From Eledone cirrhosa (Eukaryota): 64,000 bases of DNA. This document shows positions 53,355 through 64,000 of this stretch, in pieces. Numbering within the stretch: position 1 is the stretch's first letter; every line of letters starts with the position of its first letter. The stretch spans positions 39,184,001 through 39,248,000 of the forward strand of contig OZ024745.1 in the NCBI GenBank assembly GCA_964016885.1, given 5' to 3'. The translations under genes and the position numbers were made by a program. The notes under the pieces were generated by a model. That model was not told the origin of the DNA and made no database searches. It was given only the letters and a program-made list of their open reading frames with translations.

Positions 53355-54043
53355 TTAATGTATAATAAACAATACAGTATAATTGCCTCATTACCAGAGG
53401 TTTCCCGAATAAGACGAATACGAAAAACGTCTTCATTCGATCATCGGACAAGGCAATTTAAAACATAGTGAAATATTTGAAAAATATCCTCAAGAAAGTC
53501 AAGAGTTTAACGGGCAAAAAAATATATAAAGAAAAGTAATGCAAGAGATATATAAAAAAATAAGGAAATATAGTTAGGGTATGTGTATATGTATGTCTAT
53601 ACACTCATAAATGTACATATGTGTGTATGTACAAATGCATGTGTATGGTGAAAATGTGTGCGTAAGTACATATATGAGGGCAAGAATATTTGTGTATATG
53701 TAACCACATACACAAATATACTTGCCCTCATATTGTACTTACGCACACATTTTAACCATACACATGCATGTGTACATACACACATATGATCATTTGTGAG
53801 TGTATATACATACATATACACATACGCTAACTATATTTCCTTATTTGTTTATATATCTCTTGCATTATTTTATTTATATATTTGTTTGCCCGTTAAACTT
53901 TTGCCTTTCTTGAGGATATTTTTCAAATATTTCACTATGCTTTAAAATGCTTTGTCCGATGAACGAATGAAGACGTTTTTCGTATTCGTCTTATTCGGGA
54001 AACCTCTGGTAATGAGGTAATTATATTGCATTGTATATTATAC

Positions 54044-54047
<4 letters not shown>
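53355..54047. repeat. Large inverted repeat (about 345-bp arms, centre about 53703) of a PLE-type terminal repeat
   Basis: The arms are reverse complements with scattered mismatches, and each carries a hammerhead fold (53385-53454 minus, 53949-54018 plus). Confidence 0.92.
53949..54018 (+). ncRNA. Hammerhead ribozyme variant (CCGATGA core)
   Basis: gctttgt-CCGATGA-a-cgaatgaagacg..cgtcttattcg-g-GAAA-cc-tct-ggt-a-atgagg: stems I, II and III can all form; GUA triplet. Confidence 0.7.
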
Positions 54048-54107
<60 letters not shown>

Positions 54108-54109
54108 TA

Positions 54110-56451
54110 TAGTAAAAATTTATACGGGAACAAAACAGAGAGGCAGACAAATAAAGGTTTATTAGGTTCACGATATTGTGAGTGGGGCGAACGACGTTTC
54201 GGATATAAGCCCTTCTTCAGGAGTAAATAGGATAGGAAGAGAGTTTAGAGGGCGTGTGGGAATACATTTAGAAAAAAAGGAGGAAGGAAAACAAATAAAA
54301 ATAAAAATAAACGTATAAATAAACATAAGAATAAACAATAAGATGAACAAGTGGTGGAAGTGTGTGAGGCGTGTAAGGGTGGTGGCTGGTCGAGTTGGGA
54401 GAGGGAGGCGGGGGTCGAAGCGAGGAAGGCTGAAGGTGGTGTTTGTGTATGTGTGTAGGTGTACGTGAGTGTGTGTACGTGTGTATGTGAGAGTTTGAGG
54501 AAGAACGAGGTTCCATGTTCAGGAAAAGGTGTGTGCGTGTGGTGTGGTGTAAGTCGGTGTGTGCGTGCGTGTGGAAGGAGAGGGATCAGGGAATGAGGGG
54601 TGGCGTGTCGATTCCGGAGGTTGTGTATATGTGGGGTTACGCATGTGTGTGTTTGTGTTTATATGTGGTGTGGATGTGGTTGGCGTGGTGCGAAAAAATA
54701 TGTGTGAGTGTATGTTCGTGGGTAAGGTCCTGAGGTAGTTCCGTCAGATGTATGAAGAGGGGTGGATATTTTTCGAGTTATGGAGTGGATGGTTGGAGAG
54801 ATGACCGAACGTGAAGAATCCAGTGTTGGTGGAGGTCGGAAGTGGAGGGAAGTGGAGTGCGCGCGCAACAGGATATGGTCAGAGGGTCTAGACAGGGTGA
54901 AGAGATAGCAGTAGAGCGGGATGAAGAGATAGCAGTAGAGCGGGATGACAGGTGGAGTGAGGTGACGACTGTGTGTGTGTGTCTGTGTGAGCGGTGGTGC
55001 AGCGGACAGGGGATGGGGTGGGTAGGTGTGACGGGTGGATGGGGAAGGTGGTTAAGTGGGGCGATGGGGTGTATATTAGTAGAGGTGTTAGTTGGATGTG
55101 TGCGTGAAGGGGTGTGGGTGGAGCGGGGAGAGGGAGAGAGAGAGGGGGAGAGAAGAGGTGTTGGGGACGGAGGAGGGGGTGTAGTGTACTGGTGCGTGTG
55201 TGCGTGTTTGGATGAGTATGTGTGTGGTAAAGGGGGTGTTAGTGGGTGTTAGTATTACATGTGGTTAGTATGTTAGTTGGGGGATGGGCCCGTGAGGGGG
55301 GGGGGGGGGGGTGAAAGAGGAAGTGCGTAAGAGATGTTAGTGGGGAAAGGGTGGAGGAAGGGTGGGCGGTCGGGTGGGCGGTCGAAGGCTAAAAGAATAG
55401 GGATGGGAAGTTCAGGCCGGGGGTGTGTGTGGGTCTGGAGTGTGAAGATGGTGCGTTGTTCGACCGTGAGGCGGGTGGCAGGTGTTCCATGCCATTGGAG
55501 AAGGCGACAGACTGTGAGGTGGTGGGCGGAATGTTCAGGGGAGTGAAAGTGGCGGGCGACCGGGGAACTCCCGCCGAGGCGAATATCCCGGAGGTGTTCC
55601 GTGAAACGGTCCGCCAGCCGACGTACAGTCTGTCCGACGTAGGTTGTTCTGCACTCCGTGCAGCGAAGGCCATAGACTAGGTTGGTGGAGGTGCAGCGGA
55701 AGGCATGCCGGACAGAGAGTGGCCGTTGGGACCCTGGAAGGTGGTGGTGTTGGTGATGTGGGGGCAGGTGTGGCAGCGAGGCCTGGAGCAAGGAAGTGAA
55801 CGGGGGGGGGGGATTGACGGGTTAGGGAGCTGTGGACGAGGAGGGGTGGGCTGCGTGCGCGTTTGAAGGAGTGGAGGCGGGGATATGGGGGGAGTGTAGG
55901 GGTCGGACTGGAGGCGTCGGAAGAGGCGGAGGAAGGTACGGTGGAGGGGTAGGGTGGAGGGGTGGTAGGTCATGGGGAAGAGGAACGGTGGGTAGGTGTG
56001 CGGTGGCGTGGGTGAGGACGGTTGAGCGGTGGGCAGCACGGCGCGGGTGAGGGCGGTGTGGACGAGGGGTAAACTCGCAGGATGAAATGACTGACTAGGG
56101 AAAGAGCTTGGGTTCTCAAAGTCAGCATCTCGGCTGCAGAGGCGGTGGATCCGGAGTAGTTGGGAGTAGGGAATAGAGTGTTTAGAATGTGTAGGGTGGG
56201 AGGAGGTTAAGTCGAGGTAGGATAGGGAGTCGGTGGGTTTGAAGAAGGCGTAGGTGACGAGGGAGCGGTGGGAGGGGTCGATGGCGATGGAGATGTCTAA
56301 GTGGACGTGGGTGGTGGAGATAGAGGTGGTGAAGTGGAGGGACGGGTGGAAGGAGCAGAAGGAGAGAAAGGAGTCGAGCTGTTCTCGGGGTAGGGCCGTG
56401 GCTCCGATACAGTCGTCGATGTAACGACCCTATATTTCGGGCGTGGGGCCG
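54110..56451 (-). mobile_element. 5'-truncated copy of the C-rich PLE family seen at 12766-16988
   Basis: The minus strand has GRYIDDCIGAT, KPTDSLSYLDLTSSHP and NLVYGLRCTECRTTYVGQTVRRLADRFTEH. It has a homologous 3' region and hammerhead CTGAAGAagggcttatatccGAAACGTC (about 54193-54220), with (TA)n at both ends. Confidence 0.9.
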
Positions 56452-58784
56452 ATTTATATATATATATATAGTTTTATTTAAATTTAATTAGTTTTATTAT
56501 TTTTCATTTAATATTCCTGTAGATAGGCTACTGCCATATCGATTTAATTTCGTGTGCAGGTGTCTCACTAAAAAAAAAAAATCAACCCTATTTATAGATG
56601 CCTTCTGCATTAGGTAAAATTTATGTAACACTAAGAAATTGGTACACAACTCCCTGAAATATTAGCCATATCATTAATCTTATACAAGTTCAATAAGTGT
56701 CCATACGTACAATATTTCTACGCTGTGCGTACTATTGATTAGATCTTGAATGAATTTAATCTGTATATTTGCGAATCGCAGAACCATACCAAGATTTACA
56801 TATCTTAAAACGTCAATCTCTCAAATTATTAAACTTGCGTATTCCTACCCATTCTCTGTCATTGTCCCTCTCCTTCTCTATTTAACTATCGCTCCTCCGC
56901 TCTCTGTCTCCCTCGATATATATATGTATATATATATGCGTCTGTGTGTCTATGTATATATCGATGTAAATATGTATATCTTAGTTGAAAGTGTTAATAT
57001 AACTTTTTGTGTTTCAATTGGTATTAGGTCTTCGTGCAAGTTTTATTGTAATTTTCAATGCAAAATGGTTTATCTCTGACGTGAGTTACAACTGAAATGA
57101 ATATGTGGCAATCAACTTTTGCTTCGAGCTGTTGAAGTAGACTTTGATTACCTCTACATATATTGTCTGTCAGCTGTCGCTGTGCCTCTTTGTCTTTTAT
57201 ATACTCCCTTATATTGCCAATATAAAATCAAATGTTTTTATCTATGTATAAACATATTTTTATTCAGATATCAATATCTCTGACTTTATCTATCCAATGT
57301 TTTCTACCTTTAATTTCGTAGTATGTTATGTGGGAGACACTGTGATTTCAGCAGATGGAATGACGACATCGGTCCCACGTTTTCGCAAATACAACCCAAT
57401 TCCGATAAATAACACACTGAGTGATCACGGTCCAGTTTTGCTGACTTTTTAATTTTCAATAAACTATTTAACTAGAGATCGTGTGGCCTTCTTTAAATAT
57501 TTGGCAACACTTTATGAACATCAGAAATGTGTACCTAAAAGTTTTCAGACTCTGTTTTATAGAAATGGTTAGTAAATAATCCCAATTCGATATTACGGTT
57601 TATTTACATTTTAACACAAATAGTGATTTCTTGATGATGTAATTGATTAATTATATTTATCATATCTTTATTGTTATATTACCAGATATGGACATAGTGC
57701 ATATATTGTATTCATATTAGACTTGCCATTGTGGATTTGAGTAGTCAGTAAATTTAACGGATTTGCTAGAGGTTGTTCCACACTGTATGCAGTCTAATAA
57801 AAAGGGCATATTTGGCACGTGACACAGTTGGTGCGTGTAAACTGAAAGACGAAAATTGACATGTTAATGAGTTTTGTAGCCAACATATTAAATAACCATT
57901 CACGATATATGGCGACCTCTTAATTTCCATTTCATGAACTTTTCTGCAGATCTAATTCTTTTCATTTCAATATCATCGTTTCATTATTCAATGGTGTACA
58001 GAACAAAATGACATATCGCGTCATGCGTAAGCATACATACGCTAGGTACAGGCACGCACACGCTCGCAAACACAGCCACATGCGCACACACGTACAAACA
58101 AGTATTATATGTCACGTGTGTCTTAATGTACATGCAAACTAAAGTGAAAATAAAAATGAAACGTAATGAAAATCAATAAACGATAAATCTTATAAATTTG
58201 TTTTCTGTATATCTGACTGGAGATGAAATCACAATTCTATTAAAAGATATATATTATAACATAGCACAAGTCTTTTTAGATAAGAAATTATCTTCTCCAA
58301 CAGTTTTTAAAAGTTATAATCTGCAATAAAATGGAATTCAAAGTATTTCCTTGTGACATCCATGAAAGGAATCATTGAACAATATTATATTTGTACTTAC
58401 GTATTTTGAAGTAGAAACGTAAGGTACTCACCTACAAAAGAAAATATAGACATACATTATTTAGTTCCTTTGTGAATTGTTCATTAAAGATAGAAAGTGA
58501 AAACCTATTATGTCTTATGAAGGTCTTGATATATTCTGCAAATACAATAATTGCGTTGAATCGCAGTTCCTGCACTTTGCTTCTTTGTTTACAAATTCCG
58601 AACGGGACAATCCGGTTTCTGCTTAATGGAGCTGACTATATATCGGAGGCCGTTTTTACTGCAGTCTGTATCAAACCTATATACCTCTAGTTTCTTTGAT
58701 AGAACATCTGTTATATTATATAATCAAATATATTTCTCTCTATATTTCAACTCACTCCTAACAAGTGACAATTCCCGTATTGGT

Positions 58785-58895
58785 AGACAAAGGGCGTTGC
58801 ATCTGCAGAGGAGATGATGGCCTATTTTTCAGGATGCAAAAGGTGCTGTGTTCCTTGACCTTCTTTAAATGAACCACACCATAGGAAATGATCTA
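58785..58895 (+). mobile_element. Small mariner transposase fragment
   Basis: SAEEMMA..QDAKGAVFLD resembles mariner SAGKVMASVFWDAKGI.FID and the 6040-6110 segment. Confidence 0.45.
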
Positions 58896-58984
58896 TTGCG
58901 CCAACGGCGCCAGTTGCTTTAGAGATCCGATTGACGATGTCATCATCCAGGAATGCAGAGCGTTTTATCTTTCTGCCAAGATAA

Positions 58985-59880
58985 CTAGGGATTTTCCCTA
59001 TGTTTTACATTCACACCATCAACAATTATTGGAACATGAAGGAGCCCTTTCCTGACATCAACTTGTCTGACACTGGGTGAACTTGAATGATGTACCATTA
59101 CAGTCTTCTTAAAGCTGATTGTGAAACCTAATGCTTTACAAGCAAGTGAAAAGCCGAAAACCACATTTATTTTCAGAGTAGATATCAACAGATCTCGAAT
59201 GTTGTTGACAATGACACTGATAAGTTCTTTGCGTTCTTTGCCAGCAATACAGTGAGGGAGATACCGCGAGAGTTGACATCTATATATATTAATTCAACTT
59301 TGTTCTTGATGATATGTATTATAGATGCATCTCTGAAGTCTTGTTAGAAATGTTCGATCTTTCAGATTTTGAGAAATAGTGGAAGGATCTTACAACCCAG
59401 TTATTCAGCAACATATTTGAAAGGTTCAGGTGGGATGTCATGTTTACCAGGGGCCTATCGGTTGACAGTTGCCTGATAACATATTGTACATCAATCAAGC
59501 TTGGGTTGAAGGATAATGCGGATATCTCCGACCGTTTTAGAGTAGATGATATCATAAGTTCATCAACATTTGACTTAGTAGTTAGGACATTTTTCGTAGT
59601 GTTTTTTCCATCGAGAAGGTATGTCATGTTTTTCTGTACATAGCGCTGTACAGTCAGAGGATAGAACTAGATTTGTCTTGTTTTCACCCGGATCATGCAC
59701 CGACATCAGACCATTATAAAAAGCATTTAAGTCCTTTTTATCGGCGGCGATTGTAGATCAGCTTTCTTAGCTCTCCACCAGGCTTCTATCCTCTTTCTAC
59801 ATGAGGACTATGCCTGCTGCTTACTGACATTATAGTCTTTCCTTTTTGACTCTTGAGTTTTTGTCTCCAAATCAAAATCC
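58985..59880 (-). mobile_element. RTE-clade LINE relic
   Basis: FSLACKALGFTISFKKTVM matches the RTE RT segment F..AC..FGLTIS.KKT.VM; the rest is heavily decayed. Confidence 0.5.
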
Positions 59881-60162
59881 TGCGTAGGTTATGCATACAA
59901 TTTTCGGAAATCTTGATAACAGAGAAATGGCGTAAAATGTTGACACGTACCAAGGAAAAATCACATCTCAGATATTAGATAGCTGTTTACGCTTTTGAGT
60001 TACTTCTCCCTTTGACGGATATTGTTTCTTATCCCACAGGGTATTCAAATATCACCCACTTCACAAAGTACGTCGGTAGAGTCAACGACAACCCGAGCAT
60101 ATGATAGGTAGTGCATGCTGTTAGTCACACTCATGAGTGATGTGACATACATATATATATAA

Positions 60163-60224
<62 letters not shown>

Positions 60225-60255
60225 TATATAAAGTTTATATATATATATATATATA

Positions 60256-60590
60256 TATCAGGCTAAATAATTTATTTAATTGCTTTAGTCAAAATACGGC
60301 GATAGCTAACATTTCTAATAATTTCAAATCAACTCGCTGTTTCGAAAATATTCTTACTTGACATTACAGTTGCTAAGTTTATAGCTTCTAATTTAAATGG
60401 AAAGAGACGGGTGATGTGTTGGTGTAAATGGTAGCACAGTGGTCCGGATAACCAAAGATGTGAGTTCGACTCCCATGTACGTCAATACTCATCTTTTTCC
60501 ATTTCTCAGAGGGTCCTTAACCCCACTATCAGGCTAAATAATTTCTTTAATTTCTATAGTCAAAATACGACGATAGCTAACATTTCTCTT
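60256..60590 (+). mobile_element. About 335-bp element with ~60-bp terminal direct repeats enclosing a tRNA-like cassette
   Basis: tatcaggctaaataattt.tttaatt.ct.tagtcaaaatacg.cgatagctaacatttct occurs at about 60256-60316 and 60527-60587. (TA)n lies on both sides. Confidence 0.7.
60413..60484 (+). tRNA. tRNA-like cloverleaf (probable pseudo-tRNA or tRNA-derived head; apparent anticodon GGA)
   Basis: Acceptor GATGTGT/GTACGTC, D arm GTGT/GCAC, anticodon arm TGGT-ccGGAta-ACCA, T arm GTGAG-TTCGACT-CCCAT, A and B boxes, TTTTT about 10 nt downstream. C33 and the short variable arm are atypical for tRNA-Ser. Confidence 0.55.
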
Positions 60591-63500
60591 AATATATATA
60601 TATACATGTGCTTGCGTGTGTGTGCGCGTATATCATATATTTGTAACCGATATATAATATATACGTAGTTATATCAATTGAGAAACAAACTAGTACTTTG
60701 TACAAATATATAAAGCAAATGACAGATTTAAATACATTAAAAATATACCCTTAGGTGTTAGAATTTTGCTGTATTTACATAATGATTATGCTGCATTTAC
60801 ATTTACTGAGAAACATAACCGATATATATGTTATATGTATTGATTAAACGTACAATTAACCTATATAAGTACATTGAATTTGAGATGATACAATTGACCA
60901 TTTAACGTTTATACATTTCCACATGGGTTTCTTTTGTGTGTGTGAAATGGAAATGTGATACGACGTAAAATGTCGATTTACCCGTTGATTATACGAAACT
61001 TTAACTTAATCTAACTTCCAACCTACTAAATGTATATGCAGTATATAGGTTTAGAAATCCACCCCCTAATGTTATGTAGTTCGCACTGCAAACGAAGGAA
61101 TGACATATAGAAAAAGAATTTAAAGATATGAGATTGTATTATATATGCAAATGGAGTTATTTTCCCTTTCAACATATTCAAATCACATGAAATTCACAAG
61201 ATAATATCCTTCTAATATATACGTCCCTTATGCAAATTTAAGGCATTGGATCTAGTGAAAAGAGAGTAGAAATATAGATAATTAAAACTAATTTTTTTCC
61301 TCAAATGTGATTTTAAACATTTACAATGCTGAATGGAAATTTATTCAAATTTCATATGAAATAGTTATGAATACAGATATAGTAAATTATAATTATTTGA
61401 TAAGCATGCATATGTGTCTGTTTGTGTGTATTTACCTACGAGAGCGCGTGGTGTGAGTATATGTGTGAGTATATGTGTGCGTATGTGCGTGTATGTTCGC
61501 ATTCAGGATGTATGCCTCTAGGCGTGACAAAATTTTATTCAGAATTTAATATATCTTTTAAATTATATTAACATATTTTTAATAGGAATAATTCAGATTT
61601 CAGAAATAATATGTATTTATATTGTCTGCGTGTGTGTATGGCTCGGTCCTGCGATACACCATCGTGTCAGTAGAATACTCACCTCCTTACGGATTAATCA
61701 AACCAGTCATATATTACATTGATCTCTTAACAAAATACACATCGTCGTTCATGAATTTCGACGATGATCTCTCAAACCATGAATCAAATCTTGTAACAGC
61801 GTTTTAGAGGCTGCATAAGTCAGGGTTGATGTTATGAGACTCACATCCCACAACTCTTATTCCTAATACCTTAATTCTATGACAACGAGACTTGCCACAT
61901 GTATTGACAATCGATAGGCAAATATCTTTGTATTACAAAAATGTTGTTGACATCATCACTTTTGCCCTGATCCGAATAAGTATTCTTATAGTCCTCACAT
62001 TTTTTCACGGCCCACTATGGCTATGGCGTTGCAGAGATATAGACACTGTAATGTATCATCGCGTTCCAATGTTTGCGAATAATGAAGCAACAGAAATGTA
62101 ATAGCAAGGGTATTGCAAAAAGAATAAATATATTTAGCCATAGAAACGATGTGGTTGTCATAGCAACCGTTGCCATTCAACACAAAACGCACACACATGA
62201 GATTGGTAATCATGTTTGGAAATATTGTTTTGTTATAAAATGTACAATCAAACTCTGCAACAAGAAGAATCAGGGAAATACTATTTGTCGACTCTATTCA
62301 ACTCCAGCCATTTTCATTACAATGGAGAATACGTCTGCAAATGCAGGTACATGTGATTTATCAGGGTACGTTTTAGGAAAAGTGACAACATTTCAGAGAA
62401 AAATATGGTCCCTTTCAAACGTTATGAAAAACCATCCTCGAAGGAGTGGGTGTTCTGAGAGCATAATAAGTTTAAGGAAATATTAAAATCTAATTCTAGA
62501 TGGAAATGCCTATATACTGTCATTTAACCTCTAGATCAGACTCGTGCTGATATATCCCATGTTACGAATATTGAATGTTTTTAGTAATTGGTAGTATTAT
62601 CAAACAACATTCCCCAGAATTTATACTCTACTAGATTTACTTCAAGCTTTATAACCAAAATCTAGGTTTTCGCAATATATATAAATATCGTTCTAAATAT
62701 AGTAATTGAAACACATTTCTCCAGGTGAATGTTTTATATCTCTAATTATATAAACGTTCTCTAAGTTGATATACAGTTATTACATTATTATCATGGCAAT
62801 GATATTATCAACACAGCTGAATCCAATTGTCTTGTGAATTATTATGCAATACTCATATTTTAGACAAAAATTATGCCAGAATTTTGTTTGCATATCGTAC
62901 ATGCTCTCCTATACGTATGAGAGGATTTTCGAAACGTTGCACATTCATTATGTTTTACATTTCCGATGAAATGTCGACATAATTCCCTGGATTCATATAA
63001 GATTTTAAATCTTTTTTTAAATGAAATATAGCAAGCTTGGCGTCATTAGCTTGGCGTCATTACATAATTGTTTCACATAGCGATATTATTCGAAAAGCTT
63101 TTAAGTTATTTTTCCTGAGAAAGTCTAAAGGATATTTGATTCTAATAAACGAAAGTAAAATCAAAACGCTAAAATTAACTTTTCAATTAATACAGAGTTT
63201 CCATATTAGTATTTACGCTGCACACTGGTAAAAGAATTAATGCTTACACAATACATGAATTGGAGTATTTATCCATTTTATGAGGTAAGGATTATGCAGT
63301 GCCCGGGATCAGCTTTATGCAGCATGTGATGTAATGTTTATGCAGTGCAGGATTAATGTTTACAAAGAAGGTATTTGTCATATCTCCTATCCTATGTTTT
63401 CCCGAAAAACACACAGCTGATGATACACAAACACACACTTTAATTATGATATCGCTTGCCTAAATATGGAATACATGTACGAATGGAAGCACCAACAGTT

Positions 63501-63815
63501 TTCAATTTTCTTTTTCATGATTTCACATGAAGTATTCCCTCACAAATATACATTAGTGTATGGAATCCCTGATCTGCCTACCTTCTCCATTTTGTCTTTC
63601 CTACATTTGCCGCATGTTGTTTGGGCCATCAGTTGTTTAATTAAACATAGAGAGCTTAAATATCCAGGGACAGCTGTCTGGCATTGTCATCGCAACTGTG
63701 ATAGCTACAACATGATCGCTGCTTAAAACAAATTCTTGCGGGACTCTCGTATTTTCATTATGTATCCACATATCGTAAATGGTTTTTAATATAAAACCAT
63801 ACGATTATTTATTTT

Positions 63816-63927
63816 AATCCCGCCGAGGTTGACTTTGCCTTTCATCCTTACGGGGTCGATAAAATAAAGTACCAGTAATGCACTGGGTAATTGCTGGCCT
63901 TGTGCCTAAAGTAGAAACAATTATTTA
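63816..63927 (+). mobile_element. tRNA-derived SINE, 5'-truncated
   Basis: aatcccgccgaggttgactttgcctttcatccttacggggtcgataaaataaagtaccag...tagaaacaatt. Confidence 0.8.
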
Positions 63928-64000
63928 TTTTGTCACAATTTATATTCATAAATGTCACAAACCAAATAATTTCTATCTCCGTTAATTATTTAAATACATT

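Noticed and set aside
60413-60484. Functional tRNA-Ser(GGA) gene
   Set aside because: C at position 33, no long variable arm, stem mismatches, and a G34 Ser anticodon that eukaryotes generally do not use.
61620-62490. Complex non-repetitive stretch with a 137-aa ORF as a possible host exon
   Set aside because: No recognisable protein motif on either strand and no convincing splice structure.

Overview
AT-rich, microsatellite-laden eukaryotic DNA with no recognisable host gene; the repeat content looks like an octopus/cephalopod-type invertebrate genome (inference). The centre (30.6-51.5 kb) is a ~21 kb head-to-tail array of four decayed L1/Tx1-clade non-LTR retrotransposons (ORF1 zinc knuckle; ORF2 APE endonuclease, RT and CCHC). 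They belong to distinct subfamilies and are bounded by (TCTA)n or degenerate TC-rich repeats, which suggests a lineage that targets (TCTA)n/(GATA)n. The flanks hold several Penelope-like retroelements (PLEs; RT plus GIY-YIG) of at least three families. These end in (TA)n tracts and often carry minimal hammerhead ribozymes (some with a CCGA core variant) and inverted duplications. Also present are a tRNA-derived SINE family, mariner, Chapaev-like, RTE and Helitron-like relics, a 22-bp minisatellite, and an unusual tRNA cloverleaf cassette enclosed by an inverted repeat and ~60-bp direct repeats. All calls come from reading motifs by eye; boundaries are approximate.
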